From positions 930,001-994,000 of the forward strand of contig JAUFOQ010000001.1 of assembly GCA_040285855.1 (NCBI GenBank): a stretch of 64,000 nucleotides of DNA. Reading direction: 5' to 3'. Position numbers and translations under genes: made by a program. Shown here in pieces: positions 36,301 through 48,869 of the stretch. The notes under the pieces are model-generated. The model did not search any database, had not been told where the DNA came from, and worked only from the letters and a program-made list of their open reading frames with translations. The stretch is from Eukaryota sp. GEM-RC1. Its lineage: Eukaryota. Every line of letters starts with the position of its first letter. Within the stretch, counting starts at the first letter, position 1.

Positions 36301-39300
36301 AGACTTGTCTTCAGCAGAGGAAACAGCCTTGAGTAGAGCTTCAGTTGTAGCTGCCCGGGAACCTTGAAAGTGGATGGGGTAGGTGGTGGGAAGGAAAATT
36401 TCTTTTTGGTTCCAGTTAGATAGGAGATCAACAGGGAAAGTGCCAGACTTTTAGATTGACCAGGAACTCCAACAATAATTACAGGAATTCTACTAAGAAT
36501 ACCACATAACATAACAAATAAATTTTCCAACAGAGCGTCATTTAATACTATATCAAGTTCATCAGGGGTAGGAATGATGTTACCAAAATTTCTCATAGTA
36601 GATTTAATAAAGGACATGGCACCTGAAGCAACATCAGAGTTAATAATGTTCTCAATAGTTAATCGAAGGTTTCTATTTTCTACTCTGACAGCATAACAAA
36701 CAAATAAACTTAGAGCCGCAGAATAGTTACAAGGATCAACATTAAATTTAAAAACCTTATCATCAGGAGAATTCAACAAAGCATACATAGATTCAGTTAT
36801 TAACACAAATCTCTTAACATCTCTTAATGAAATTAATGGACCATTTGCATTTTTGATTACTGTGTGAATTAAGGTTATAACTTCCGTCCACGAACGAATC
36901 GTATAAGAAGGAACATCAATCGAAGAATGTTTCAAGATCTCCGCAATATAATCTTGCTCATCATTATCATTTAGAGCTCCAAAATTTAAAATACAGGAAC
37001 ACAATGATCTTGGGATAGGATAAACAGAATACATTAACTGACCATCAGCAGTTGTAGCCCCATAAGGATTGATAGCACAAATTAACCGTACTGCAGGATG
37101 TAGTTGGACACTGTTAATGTTTCTGTTAGTAAGGAGAGAACACACTAGACCCACGTGATCTGAGGCATTGACTTCATCAAGGAAAAGGATGGGGAAATGG
37201 TTGGAATCATTCACAGACAGCGACTGTGCACGAGCATTACACAGTCGAATTTTTTCAAATAATTCAGACACGCAGGTTCCAGCATTAAAGCACAGCTCAT
37301 ACAGCAAAGATTCGTTGTCAGTATTTGAAAACAACAAAGCGGCCAAATGCCTTATAAGGTAAGTCTTACCAACACCAGAGTGAGAGGAAAGAATCATTGG
37401 TCTATTTGCCTTAAGTCTTGTTGCAATAATCAATTGTTTAAGAAATACATCTTTAGTATAAACAAAGTCTGGGAATTGTGTTTGAAGTACTGTAGGGTTA
37501 AACTGTCTAAGACTGTTAAGTTGACGAACTTGTTGTAGTCTTTCAAAAGGATCTTCGGGAACTGGAGCGGGATTAATGTAACGACCGTTACAAGAGGGTT
37601 CCATCACTTGGAGACCACGTAGTAGGTTAGGGGGAACAGATGAGACATCTGGTATTATGAAACAAGGCATTTCATCATCATGGAAAAATATTGGATATTT
37701 TTCAGCGTGCCAAGAAAGTGGTGTTGCATGAGACATGTTTTCTAGTAATCCAATACGACGGCAGTTAGCGACTAAGAACTCACGAGCTTCATTAACAAAT
37801 TCAGTAGTATTGAATTCAGTAGCATGATCATCTAAATAAACAGACGAATAATGAGCAGAAGAGTTGAAAGCAATCATTTGTGGACCCAAGATAGCAATGA
37901 CATCGATTAAATGTTTAAACGAACATTCTTCTTCAGGTATACCCTCTGAATTCGCAAAAGTATCAGTCAAGAGTTTTGACAAAATTGACCAACTCGGAGA
38001 TGTATCTGAAGGATATTTGGCTCTTAAAAAGTCCTTGCAAAGTGTGGCGTACTGGAAGAGGATGTCGTCCTCGTGAAACAATATAACCTCAGGATTGAAA
38101 CCAAAAGTCCTGGGTTTAATGTTTGGACAAACCATGTTCAACAACAGTGAAACCCATGAAATTTCATCAGCAACACCTGAAGAAAATCGATCAAATTCAT
38201 CTTCTGCAGGAAACTCAAGATACAATTTGAAATTATTAACAATAGAGCGGCCATTGTGACGGATACCGTGTAGATACGAGAGGGAAAAAAGAGAGGCAGC
38301 TAATTGATAAAAATGTTGAACTTCCGATGGATTATCATTGCGTTCTAAGAAATGTTCAATTTTAAACTGTTGTCGCTTCATAACATCCAGTGGTTTCTGA
38401 ATATCAACTAACAGAGCAATTGTATCAGTTTCCCCATCAAAACACCTCAAATCTTCAATTATACCAGAAGTTGAGATACCACCAGAAAAGGTAACAGTAG
38501 CCCTGCAATAATTCATTGCATAAGCAGTTTTTCCATTTCCAGGGACAGATGACCGTAAAACGTCAGCAATACAGGGAGTGAAGACTTGTGAAGTGGTTGG
38601 TATCTCGATGGATGCATCACAGAGACTCTTACATAATCTATCTGAAGCAGTTGCAATACATAGCTGAATCTTGCTATCAGCACTGAGAACAAAGGATTTA
38701 AAAAATTCCAATATTTTAGGACTAAGCTGTTCTGGAGCTACAATTAGACGCATCTCATGTTCTGAGGACGCCAAGAAGCAGGATAAGGACTGGGCTGACA
38801 CATGCCAGTCACACAAAAGAACATGACCAAGATCCAAAGAAATACGATACTTTGAGGCAATAGACAGCGAATCCATGAAGATATCTTGAAGATTCGTGGA
38901 TAAAAACACGTGAGTTCGTCTTTCATTTGACTCAATTGCGGGATTTAGTGTGCGTCTATAATCAAATGCCCTTTTGTATACAGAGTCGTCCTGAGGAGAT
39001 GGTGGAAAGGAATCATTAGGAGGAAGTGGTCCGAATTCAGTTGGTAGTTGGGTAAAAACTTTACAAAGAGACGTAGAGAAAGTACCTGAAAAGACTGAAG
39101 CTAATTCAATACCACAGATACCACTAAACTTTGCAATACGTTGATAATGTTCAACTTCAGATTTCCAATCATTGAGAAGGGTTCGACAATTCAAAACGAA
39201 ATCGTCGAGTTGAAAAACGTTTACAATAAGGGGAAAGCAATTGAGCGGGTAACCCCAATTGGACAAATTTTCAAAAATTGTAATGGATTCAAGACATTGT

Positions 39301-42183
39301 TGGGACATTTTTAAAAATTGAAGAATTGGACGACTACTGTCAGTATTCATTTCATCCAAAGAATTTCCATAACGAAGAATATACTGATTCATAACATCTT
39401 TGAACTCATCAGGATCGAGATTTGTAACTCCGCCTATAGTATCAATATGAAGTGAAGCCTGGAAACCCTGTAGAAACTCTATTCTGCCTTCTCTAAAATT
39501 TGATTGGGAAATCAATTGAAGTCTTGAGAATTCTTGACCTTCTGAAGAAACAAGTTGTTGCAAGGATGAGAGACTTTGTTTACATCTGTTGAAGTCTTGT
39601 ACAAACCTGTTAAGGGAAGTTTCAGCGAACTGTCGATCAGCAATCCACTGCTGAATGGAAGTAACAAAACTAGGCAGAATTGGTGGTTTCAAAAAACAAT
39701 GTTGTACAATAGAATTAAAAAAAGACGAAGATTCTAATATTTGAGTCATAAACATTGCTCGAACTGACTCACTACAGAAGAATGAAGCACTGGAATTCAA
39801 CATAATCTCTGACAAATCATTATAAGAGTCACTAAACTGAACACGTACATCCTGTAAAAACCGGAAAAACTCAAAAGAATCAGATAAAAGGGACAATATT
39901 TGAATAAGTGGATGAATTGCTTCAGATGAGTCATTATAGTCAGGACGAACATTCAAACTACTTAAAAAGTGTCCATAAAGAACTTCAAATTTTTGTAAAG
40001 TTGTTCTATTAGCAAAACCACACTCATGTTCATGTTCATAACCAGCAAGGAAAGCGCTAAAACCATAACGTTCGTCATCATTTACAACAAAACCGGCTGA
40101 ACAAAAGTCCCGGAGAGCAGTAACAGCTGAATCTAGATCATGGCGGAAACACCAAGTGCAAATAAGAGGAAAATGTAAGTAAACATTAGAGGAAGCAACA
40201 GCAGAAAGGACTTTGAACTCTTGTGATAGAAGGGAGGGAGTCAGATTACTAAATGGAGCTAAACCATGAGTAGGAACAAGAGGTGACGTGATGGCCTCAA
40301 TCAATCGGGTGACGTTAGTGAGGATTTCATCCAATTTGCCGGATAGAGTGATACCAGAGTGAACATTAGCTTCAGATTTGAAATATTCGAAAACTTTAGA
40401 ATTCATAATATCAAGAATTTTCTGCAAATTCTCAGAGTTGACAGGTGAAAGAAGTGGAAGTTTTTCAACAAACACATTGACAACAGGCATAGTTTGTGGA
40501 CAAAGCTCATCAACTTCTGATTTCACAATACTCAAAGGAAAATCTAAAATTTCAAATTTGGACAAATATTCCTCTAATGCACTTGATTCAGAACAACAGT
40601 TAATTTGCTGAGCAATAGAGTTCAACAAACCAATAGAACCTTTTACATCTTCTACGTCATTGTGAATGGTAACCATTGCCCTTCTAACTTGCTCTTCAAC
40701 TGACTCTTCACCAGACTCAAATACAGTCGGGATAGAGTCCAAGATTTTGTCCATATTATTGAGAACAAACTGAAGATTAGCCACAGAGATATCACTAGCT
40801 AGTAGTTTAGTTAAAAACTCGTCAAACAGAGTCAAGTAATTGAATACACTAGTAGTCTTCTCATAAGTATCACCTAAGACCATTATAACTTTTTTTCCAC
40901 AATGAGTCAAAAAGCACGTCATAATCAAAACGTGATGACGCGACTGGCACAATAGTATCAAGAGCATCAATGATGGACTGAATTGGAACATCATTACTGT
41001 CAACAAAACCTTCAAAGGTATGTGGAACATCAATTGATTCAAAGAGAGTCTCGGCAGATGTACTACCAGAAAATCTCAAGATGCTGGAGGAAATTGGAGC
41101 ATGTAGAGCATCGGAGATTTTGAACAAGAAAGCAGCTTTACTCACAAGGATCTGGTCATGTTCACGCTGTAAGAGATCAATCATGGATGGCATTAATGGT
41201 TGAAAGGCAGGACAGCGGCGTAGTTTTGGGAAGAATCTAGTGTAGTCGCGTAAAACTGTAAGGAAGACTCTGGAATAAAGGAGCTGTACGTAGGCTGATA
41301 AGTCAATGTCACAGGCGAAAACATTCAGTATAGACTCAATATCATTGTCCAAGATATTGATGAGATAAGGGACGTAACTGGGGTGGATTGAGAGGGATCG
41401 TGGTTCCTTGAAGTAGGAAGAGAGGGAGGAGCAAGTCTTTTGTTGTATGAAGGGAGGGTATTGATCGGGAAGAAGGCCAACATGTTGTTTGATGGAGAAG
41501 TGATCGATTATGGGTGTGATGAAGTTAGAGCAAACAGCGGGGGTGTACTGGTGAGGAAGATCGTCAAGACCTTTGAATAGAAGAGCAACATGGTGAGCGT
41601 AAGGAGACGCGGAGACCGTTCGAATAGAAGCAAGTAATTGGAGAACAATGGGATCAGACACATTGAATGAGAGTAAGCAGATGAGAAGAGAGTTTAAGGT
41701 CCACCGATCAGCAAATGGGAGGAAAACATCAACAACTAGAGGGAGAATCTCGCTAAGCTTCAAATCGAACAAGCAATGGATCAATTTGCATAGAACACCG
41801 ATATCAGCAACTGAGAATTTGGCATGTGGGTGGAAAACACGGATGGTAAAATCATACACAAATCGTAGGGGATAAGAGTGTTTCACCAGGTGCTTTAGTA
41901 CAACAATGGCGGCTTGCAAGATACAGCTGGTGTTACAATAATCAGGCAGTAGAATTGATATTTGGTCACTCAAGTTGAACGTAATTCTGTTGACTTGGAT
42001 AGTAGGATGAGTCGTAAGTATGTGACCGAAGAAGACAGAAGGATAGCCATCAGAAATACGATCCAATTCGAGCTTGCATTTCTTCTGTGACGGATGTGGA
42101 AAACCAATGGTAGCCTTGTTAACTGTTTTGTGATATATGACGCATAGCGTAACCTCCATCCCAGTGGGTGGTGGTTTAAGCAT
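30389..42183 (-). CDS. RNF213/mysterin-like giant AAA+ ATPase - E3 protein (~3900 aa), split by at least five frameshifts
   Basis: RNF213-type motifs occur in the expected order: SSVPGNGKT; SHSGVGKT..ILFLDEVN..CAINPY; ENLFVMLCGILSRIPVIIVGVPGQSKSLA; FQGSR..VLIIDELSLMQDSPARPLKALHSVLE; FIGVSNFGFDAAPSSR; GSRDIY; ARHLLLL; GKVIVL..GALFDLLNRNY; LPSALLNRMEK; FYLPAM then a Cys-rich RZ-like region. ORFs 40870-42192, 36261-41042, 36037-36240, 32265-35903, 31114-32268 and 30389-31123 abut or overlap. Confidence 0.85.
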
Positions 42184-43430
42184 TCTGAACAATGAAAGAG
42201 AAATTAAAATTTGATTCTTTTTAGTATTTCTAATTGACGATCAAAGGGACAATCTACATTGTTGGAGACTGGTCTCAGATCAATTTTTGAACGTAAAGTA
42301 ATTCAAGAGAACTCCTGCTCAAAATGTGCGAGTATTACTAGCTATCTCTCCCCAAAACTGCATTTCAGTAATTGTGATCAGTTGTTATTTCTCGGAATGG
42401 TTTTATACTTCTTTATTTGCTCAAACTAATTACGTTCCAGAAAAAATATATCTACAACATTTTTAAGAAATCAGCAAAATCGTATCCTGTAAGAACTCTG
42501 TATAAAGCACAGAACTTCCAGTACAAGTTATGTCCTTCGGTTTTTTCCATTTATAATATGCATACAAAGTACACTGTCTGTTATGTCTCTAGCGTTGAGG
42601 AAGTCATGTAAACTATCGTTTTGGTTGAATTGTACAGTTTTTACAATCTTTAAAACAATTCCAGTCATGGTCTCTCAAGCTCTTTTAGCTTTTAGTACTT
42701 TCTATGACGAGCAGATTGCCAGAGATTCAAATGCATTGAACCATGTGATAAAAAATATTCAATTGTATTGTTTGTTTGAATTATATTTTGTAGTATTTGT
42801 CCAATACAGACTTCTGAAAAAAGCCGTACACTAATCACGGTAATTAGCAGGACTTGGAAAAATTACACCCAATTAATTGCTCTCATTTTTCAAGCCAATT
42901 TTTTATTACAATTAATTAACTGACATTAATTTAATTGACAATGCAATTTTCACAAATCCTGATTAGTAATTAGTCGGTATTGAAAATTGGTTTGACTCCG
43001 ACTCATTTGCATGTTGTAACTCTTTAAACTGAAACTCGACTGTAAATTAGTTTCACTTTTAGTAATAAAATACCAATAGAATAGAACAATATTCCACTAA
43101 TACAAATACTGAACCATCTCGATACTTTCTTATACTTTCCCATGAATACAATAGCATCTCCGATGATGTTTGTGTTGACAAGTCAAGAAATGAGCTTATT
43201 ATAGACATTCTTCCGGTTGGTTTACACATCCTAATGTGATTGTTGTGGAAGTAAATCAAGAAGACGTACCGAACGACTGTTTTCCTACCCTATTGGTCAT
43301 AATGAATGACAACAAAAATTTGGGAGGTGAGACTAATTTCCAACAATGATAACTTGTCTGAGTGAGACTATTTGACATGATTAGTGTACCAATTTCACTG
43401 TGTTGAAACAATCTTCCACCCGCTTCAAAT

Positions 43431-43710
43431 ACTCGAAATCAAAGTAAATCTAATTGATTACACTTTATCGATCAAATGCATTAGTAATTCTTCAAAGTCT
43501 CTTTCTGGACCAATTAATGTTACTGAAACTCTTCTCAAATTAAGCAGTGGTAATTACTATGCATATGCCGGGATATTTTATAGTGATCATGTTCTTGGCA
43601 TTGTTTAATAGAGTTGATATCATTTTCATTGTGGGTAAGTCTCCATATTTAAAGCAGTGATTCAAATTAATTTATGAATTCTGAAGCTAGTTCGAGTGGA
43701 AGACGTCAAC
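43431..43710 (+). pseudogene. Isolated 3' end of a SPRY-domain gene with its 3' UTR
   Basis: LEIKVNLIDYTLSIK..LSSGNYYAYAGIFYSDHVLGIV*, followed by GTAAGTCTCC..AAAGCAGTGA as seen after the genes ending at 9655 and 15706. Confidence 0.8.
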
Positions 43711-44530
43711 TACTTTACTTAGTGTTTGCTAGTTATTATTTTTTGCAAAAGCAAATATTTCTCTGATTGATTTTACATGTAATTAATTTATAAATCCCAT
43801 TTTTCTTTAAAATACTGGAATTAGATACCAACTTGTGTCTGATAAGTTACTTACTGTTGACAATAGTACTAGAAATATAACTCAGTTTACTTCGTCTGAA
43901 AGGTTGGGGGCGGGTAAATACACCAGACTACATTTTCTTCAATGATGTTTGTATCTATCTTCGTCAACATAATAGTGATGTTATAAATGATGTGGTCTAT
44001 CAATGAGTTCCAAGAGCGTTGTTTTGCTTGATCTGATCACACTCCTCTTTGTTTAACAAAAAGTTCGCAAATTATTTGAGTCGTACCTCCTACCTAGGAG
44101 CGTTCTTGTTCACCAAACTAAAAAAACTATGATTACAAGTGAATGAAGTCTTCCCATACATAAGAAGAGCATCTAATGATGGTCACTTTTCATTCTAAAT
44201 AGCCCCTTCAGTATAACTGAATGGAGGGCCACAAACCGGTACTCCTCGAGTACCACTTAAATTACCTTATTTGGAAAGTGGAAAACTACCGTTTGAGTCG
44301 TTAGTACTCTCTTACGGAAAATACAAGCGGTTTACTTAACGTCCAGGTGTTATTTGTAGAGTTGTTCATTATGTTACGATGGCTGACCAATCTGTATGTG
44401 TTCAAACAATTTTGAGTTTATAATCGTCAAGTCGTTATTCACTATTGCATAAGTAAATATGTTTACCACAACTAGAACACTACAATGGTGTGTTTTTCTG
44501 CTTGAAAGTCTAATACAAAATTTTTGTTAT

Positions 44531-44569
44531 GAGTACTACTCAAATACTCGAGTATTTTTTTCATCTCTA
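44531..44569 (-). mobile_element. Orphan terminus of the hAT family seen at 10159
   Basis: The reverse complement TAGAGATGAAAAAAATACTCGAGTATTTGAGTAGTACTC resembles TAGAGGTGGGAAATTACTCTACTCGAGTA. Flanking 8-mers do not match those at 10159. Confidence 0.5.
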
Positions 44570-45721
44570 CCTCCGAGACCTTGTTGGCTTCATTAACAGA
44601 AAATGAAGGTCCTGTTTGTTGGAATATCGCATAACGTATCTTGTTCAAAAAATACGGTTAACGGTGCTATACTTAAGTATCTCCTGAATTCATTCTTATT
44701 TGAATTATTGTTTATATATTTTCCTGTGAGTTCAAGAACCGGTGTAAACCCAAAAACATTAGGAGAAATACATATAATATATATTCATATAATAAGAATG
44801 ATAATGACGGTTGACACATGGTCATATTGGGAAGTTAGATTGTACAAAAACACAAAAATACACAACAATACAGGGTTTGTGTATTTATCAAGTATGCTGT
44901 AAAATGTCCTATTGTCTTAAGGACTACATGTAGTAGATTAGTTGCCTTAGATAAGTTAACCTTATCGTACTTCTCGAAAAACCACATATTTGCATTCTGA
45001 TGAGTTCAAAGAGAAGTTTGGAGGTCAGAGAATACAGTTGATAGTTATGGGAGGATGTATGCGATTCTCAGTCAAGAAGAAGTCATGATCTCAGTCAACG
45101 TTATCACTGTATTAAAACCGAGTCATATAGGCTGAACATATTATATTCCTGATGATACTAATGGGGTACCATTGGCAATCAAGTAGGAGAGTAAGGGTTT
45201 AAAGTAAAAGGCAGCAAGAACATGTGGTTGCCTTCAAGACGAAGGATATTCTAATGCCTGAGACTCATTCAATGTTCTTGGTAAACCAGCAAACGTCTCT
45301 ACTAAAGCCGTCGTGCGGTCACAGCAGAAAATATTCCCATTGAGACCAAGCTGTGTCCGCGTCCAATTCTACACTCATTTATATCAAAACAAAGGATGAG
45401 AACAGAATAAGAAAGCAAATGGAACCTATCGAGGCGTGATGTGGAAAGGCGTGTCTAGATAACATTTACGACTCTTTGTACAGCATCTTCTGGAGGAAAG
45501 TGTGTGAAGAGAAGAAAGGTTAGTGTTGTGCTCCAAATGTGAAGTCAAAGACTATAGAATGTAAGCGTGTTTATTGCATATATAGATAGACAGGAGATCG
45601 TCGATCAACGGTCGATAGAGAAGGAAAGATCGATCAACAAATCTTTGGATACAAAAATTGTTTTTAACCGACCAGGAGAGACAGACTGTACTTGTCTTCC
45701 TTTCAGAGATCAAAACAAATC

Positions 45722-47663
45722 ATGTCTTATGTTCCTCCTTTTCGGCGTGAAACCAAGCCTGAAAACTCTGATTCAGCACAACAACGTGAAGCTTGGACTC
45801 ACACATCTAAAACAATACGTGGTCTAGTCAATAAACTCACTAAAAACAACATCATACAAATCTTCCAAGAACTTCTCGAAACCAACTTGTTATGGGGCAA
45901 AGGTGTCCTATGTTCATCCCTGCTACAACTAGACTACTCCCTCTCTAATCTTCTACCAATCTATGCTTCTCTAATATCCCTCCTAAACCATCCTTTCCCA
46001 GAAATAGGAAGACTATTCGTTGAACGTCTGCTGTTCCGTATCCGTAGACTTATAAACACTCGGCCCAGAGATGTCAAGAACTCAATTCATCTTCTCTCTC
46101 ATCTCTGTTCTCTCTCCGTTGTCTCATCATTAACTCTTTTCCAAATCGCTGATCATTTATTCTCCAAAATAGAATCTTCCCCTTCTGGACGTCGTCTCAA
46201 TGACTATATCGATCTCTTCCCTCCTCTCTTTCTTCCATGTGGTGATCTAGTTTCCTCTCACTTACCTAACAAGTTCAATGCTCTGTTTGACTCTCTACGA
46301 AGGCTTTACTCAGAAGGACGTTTGGATGAGTGTAGTGGTAATGCTGTGGAGAAGTTGTTTGATGCTAATAGAAGCAAGTTTAAACACACGAGTACGCTTC
46401 GATTCCTTCCACAAAACGTGTTGAGTATCATCGAGAATATTGAGCCTGACCCCCATGAGCTCTTTTTTTTCTGATGATTTACATGATCACGCAGAGTTTG
46501 ATTCGTTTTCACCCCTTTCGAGTGAGCTTTTTGATGAGATTCAAGAGGAATATCATTCGAGAGCTGAACCTATAATTGAACTGTACAAGGCTGTTGTAAT
46601 GGAAAAGAATGAAAAAGTCGAAGTGGAAGTGGGAGAAGTTCAAGGCGAAGAGGAGCTGTCAGATCAACGGAATTTAGAAATAATCGGAAATTTTAAAAAA
46701 GAGGTGTATACGACATTGGCTTCTTCTGTTTCGTTTGAGGAAACTTGTCACAAGTTGTTAAATTTAAAATTTCCACCAGCACAATTGAATCCTTGGTTTC
46801 ATTTGTGTAAGATGATTTTAGACACGTGTGTTATGGCTGGTATTTTTGACCGGTCATATTCCCTTGTTGCCAGACGATTATGTGAGGTACCAACCACTAG
46901 ATCTCAGTGTAGGGAAAATTTTAAAATTATACTAGTTGAAGAGTATGAATCTGATACTAATTTGGAAGTGAACAAAATTTTGAATTTCGCCAAATTTTAT
47001 GCAAATCTAATTACTCCCACTGAATCAGTGTTTCCTATGGAAAATCTGTCTTTTATTGAACTCTCTGCGAATGGAACAACTCCACAACGAAGAATCTTTT
47101 TAAAATATTTGTTTCAAGAATTATCATCATCTTGGGGCACAAATGTTTTACTTGAAAAATTCAAAGATGAAGAATTCCGTCAGACCTGCAGTGGCTTGTT
47201 TCTTAACAATTCAGTTGATGAACTCAAGTACAGCGTCACGTTTTTCTCAAATTGTCAGCTTGACTTTCTTACTAACTGGCATCGAAACCAGTTGAACATC
47301 AAGACCAAGGAAGAACGTAAGCAACGAGAAGAAGAAAGATTGAAGAGACAAGAAGAGGAGGATCGATATAGAAGAGAGAAAGAAGTTGAACGATCTAGGA
47401 GTAGACAATATGAGCGACGATCACCACCACCTAGAGAAGAAAGGTATCGTAGAGAAGATCGTTATGATGACAGACGAGTGGAAAGATCCAGGTATTCTGA
47501 TAGAAGACGTGATGATTACGACGATCGTTACAGAAGAAGGTCAAGTAGAGTTGTTGAAGAAAGATCTCCAGTAGCTGGTTCTCTTTCTAAAGATGCTTTT
47601 AAGGACTTACATCCTTCTAGAAGAGCTAGGATTGAGAGGGTTTATTCACCTGACAGGAGGTAG
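45722..47663 (+). CDS. CWC22: Pre-mRNA splicing factor CWC22 (MIF4G + MA3, RS/RD-rich tail); frameshift in the T-run near 46465
   Basis: YVPPFR, QREAW..SKTIRGLVNKL, NLLWGKGVLC, IYASLISLLN..FPEIG, VYTTLASSVSFEETCHKLL, TTPQRRIFLKYLFQEL, and an Arg/Asp/Ser-rich C-terminus. Confidence 0.85.
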
Positions 47664-48064
47664 TAGTTGTTTGATTTAAGGTGTGTTGTGTTTTTGATTG
47701 ATGATATCTTTATTGTTCTCGTTTGTCAGTTAGACCCTTTTGAACTTTGATTTAAAACAATTTGTTGTTTTATTAGGATTGTTCATTAACACTTCTTTTT
47801 GTTGTCAAATTTTTTCGATCAAATGATGTAATCGTTGCTTCATTTGGTATGTTAGATCGGTGTGGCAAATTCCCCATTCGTGTAACACACCGATGTGATC
47901 ATTTTTTGAAATGCATTACTTTTTTTTGAATAAAAGTCATACAAATGAAGTTAGGAGACACATCAATTGTCCGAATAAGTATCTTGAAAGGATACACAAA
48001 GTAATTTGCACTTTGGAGATAAACGTTTCTCTTCTTAAGCTTAATAGTGATGATATTTTTACCA

Positions 48065-48480
48065 ATTCTCGACGAGGTGATCTCATTGTCCCTTATATTG
48101 TTGTCAAGCAGTTATAGATTTTTCAACTGATGATCCTTGTGCAAAAGCGTATTTGAATTCTGGTGACTCCGAAAAGTCATTTATCCAATGCTGAAAAGAA
48201 AGATTGATACATAATCTGACACTGAAGAAATTAAAGTGTAATTTGTATTCTTCTTCTAAATTCATTCCTTTTGTTTAATTAAATCTTTATAATTTTGAAA
48301 GCTCTGCTGAATATTTCTTTGCTACATTTTCAAAATTGTGTCGTGATCATAGGAGCAATTTAATGAGACTCTTTGGCGCAATCGCAGTGGTTTTTCTTTG
48401 TGTAAAAGTTTCCCTAAGTATTTGAATCCAATACTGGACAAATTGTATCGTTGTGGTTCAAGAGTAAATGTAGATCATTA
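48065..48480 (+). mobile_element. Degenerate CRE-like retrotransposon 3' (RLE) fragment
   Basis: SRRGDLIVP..VIDFSTDDPCAK..SNAEKK..FSKLC..WRNRSGFSL, homologous to 57803-58657. Confidence 0.65.
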
Positions 48481-48869
48481 ATATCTTTTGAGTACTAGTC
48501 GTTTGTATTTGTTGTCAATAATAACAGTCCCCGGTTTATGTCCAATTCGGTCCCGGAAGACTGTATATGTAGTTTGTATTTCATAAATTTGACATAAAAA
48601 ATAATATTTTACCCTTTTTCTGTGGTACTGTTGACCGGGAATTTTTGGGTGTCTAGTGTTTCATAGCTCTTATTACGATATGTATTTTTGGACCCTCCAT
48701 CAATAAACTGTTTTTTCAACCTTTGTCTTTATAAAGTAATACTTTCTTTTAACATAAAAGGCACGTAAGAAAGCGAGAAGCACAAAAACGTCTAACACAA
48801 ACATGGTGTGGCAAAATAGTAATCCGGTGTTGCCAAAAGATGTTCAAATTCGGAATCTCATTCATCTGA

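Noticed and set aside
42849..42961. Small MITE with CAGGA(C/T)TTG ends
   Set aside because: The inverted repeat is imperfect and there is no convincing 8-bp TSD (only ATTAG is shared).
10159..44569. One giant 34-kb hAT element bounded by the similar ends at 10159 and 44569
   Set aside because: The termini match only loosely, and the flanking 8-mers (GTCACACC versus CCTCCGAG) are not a TSD.
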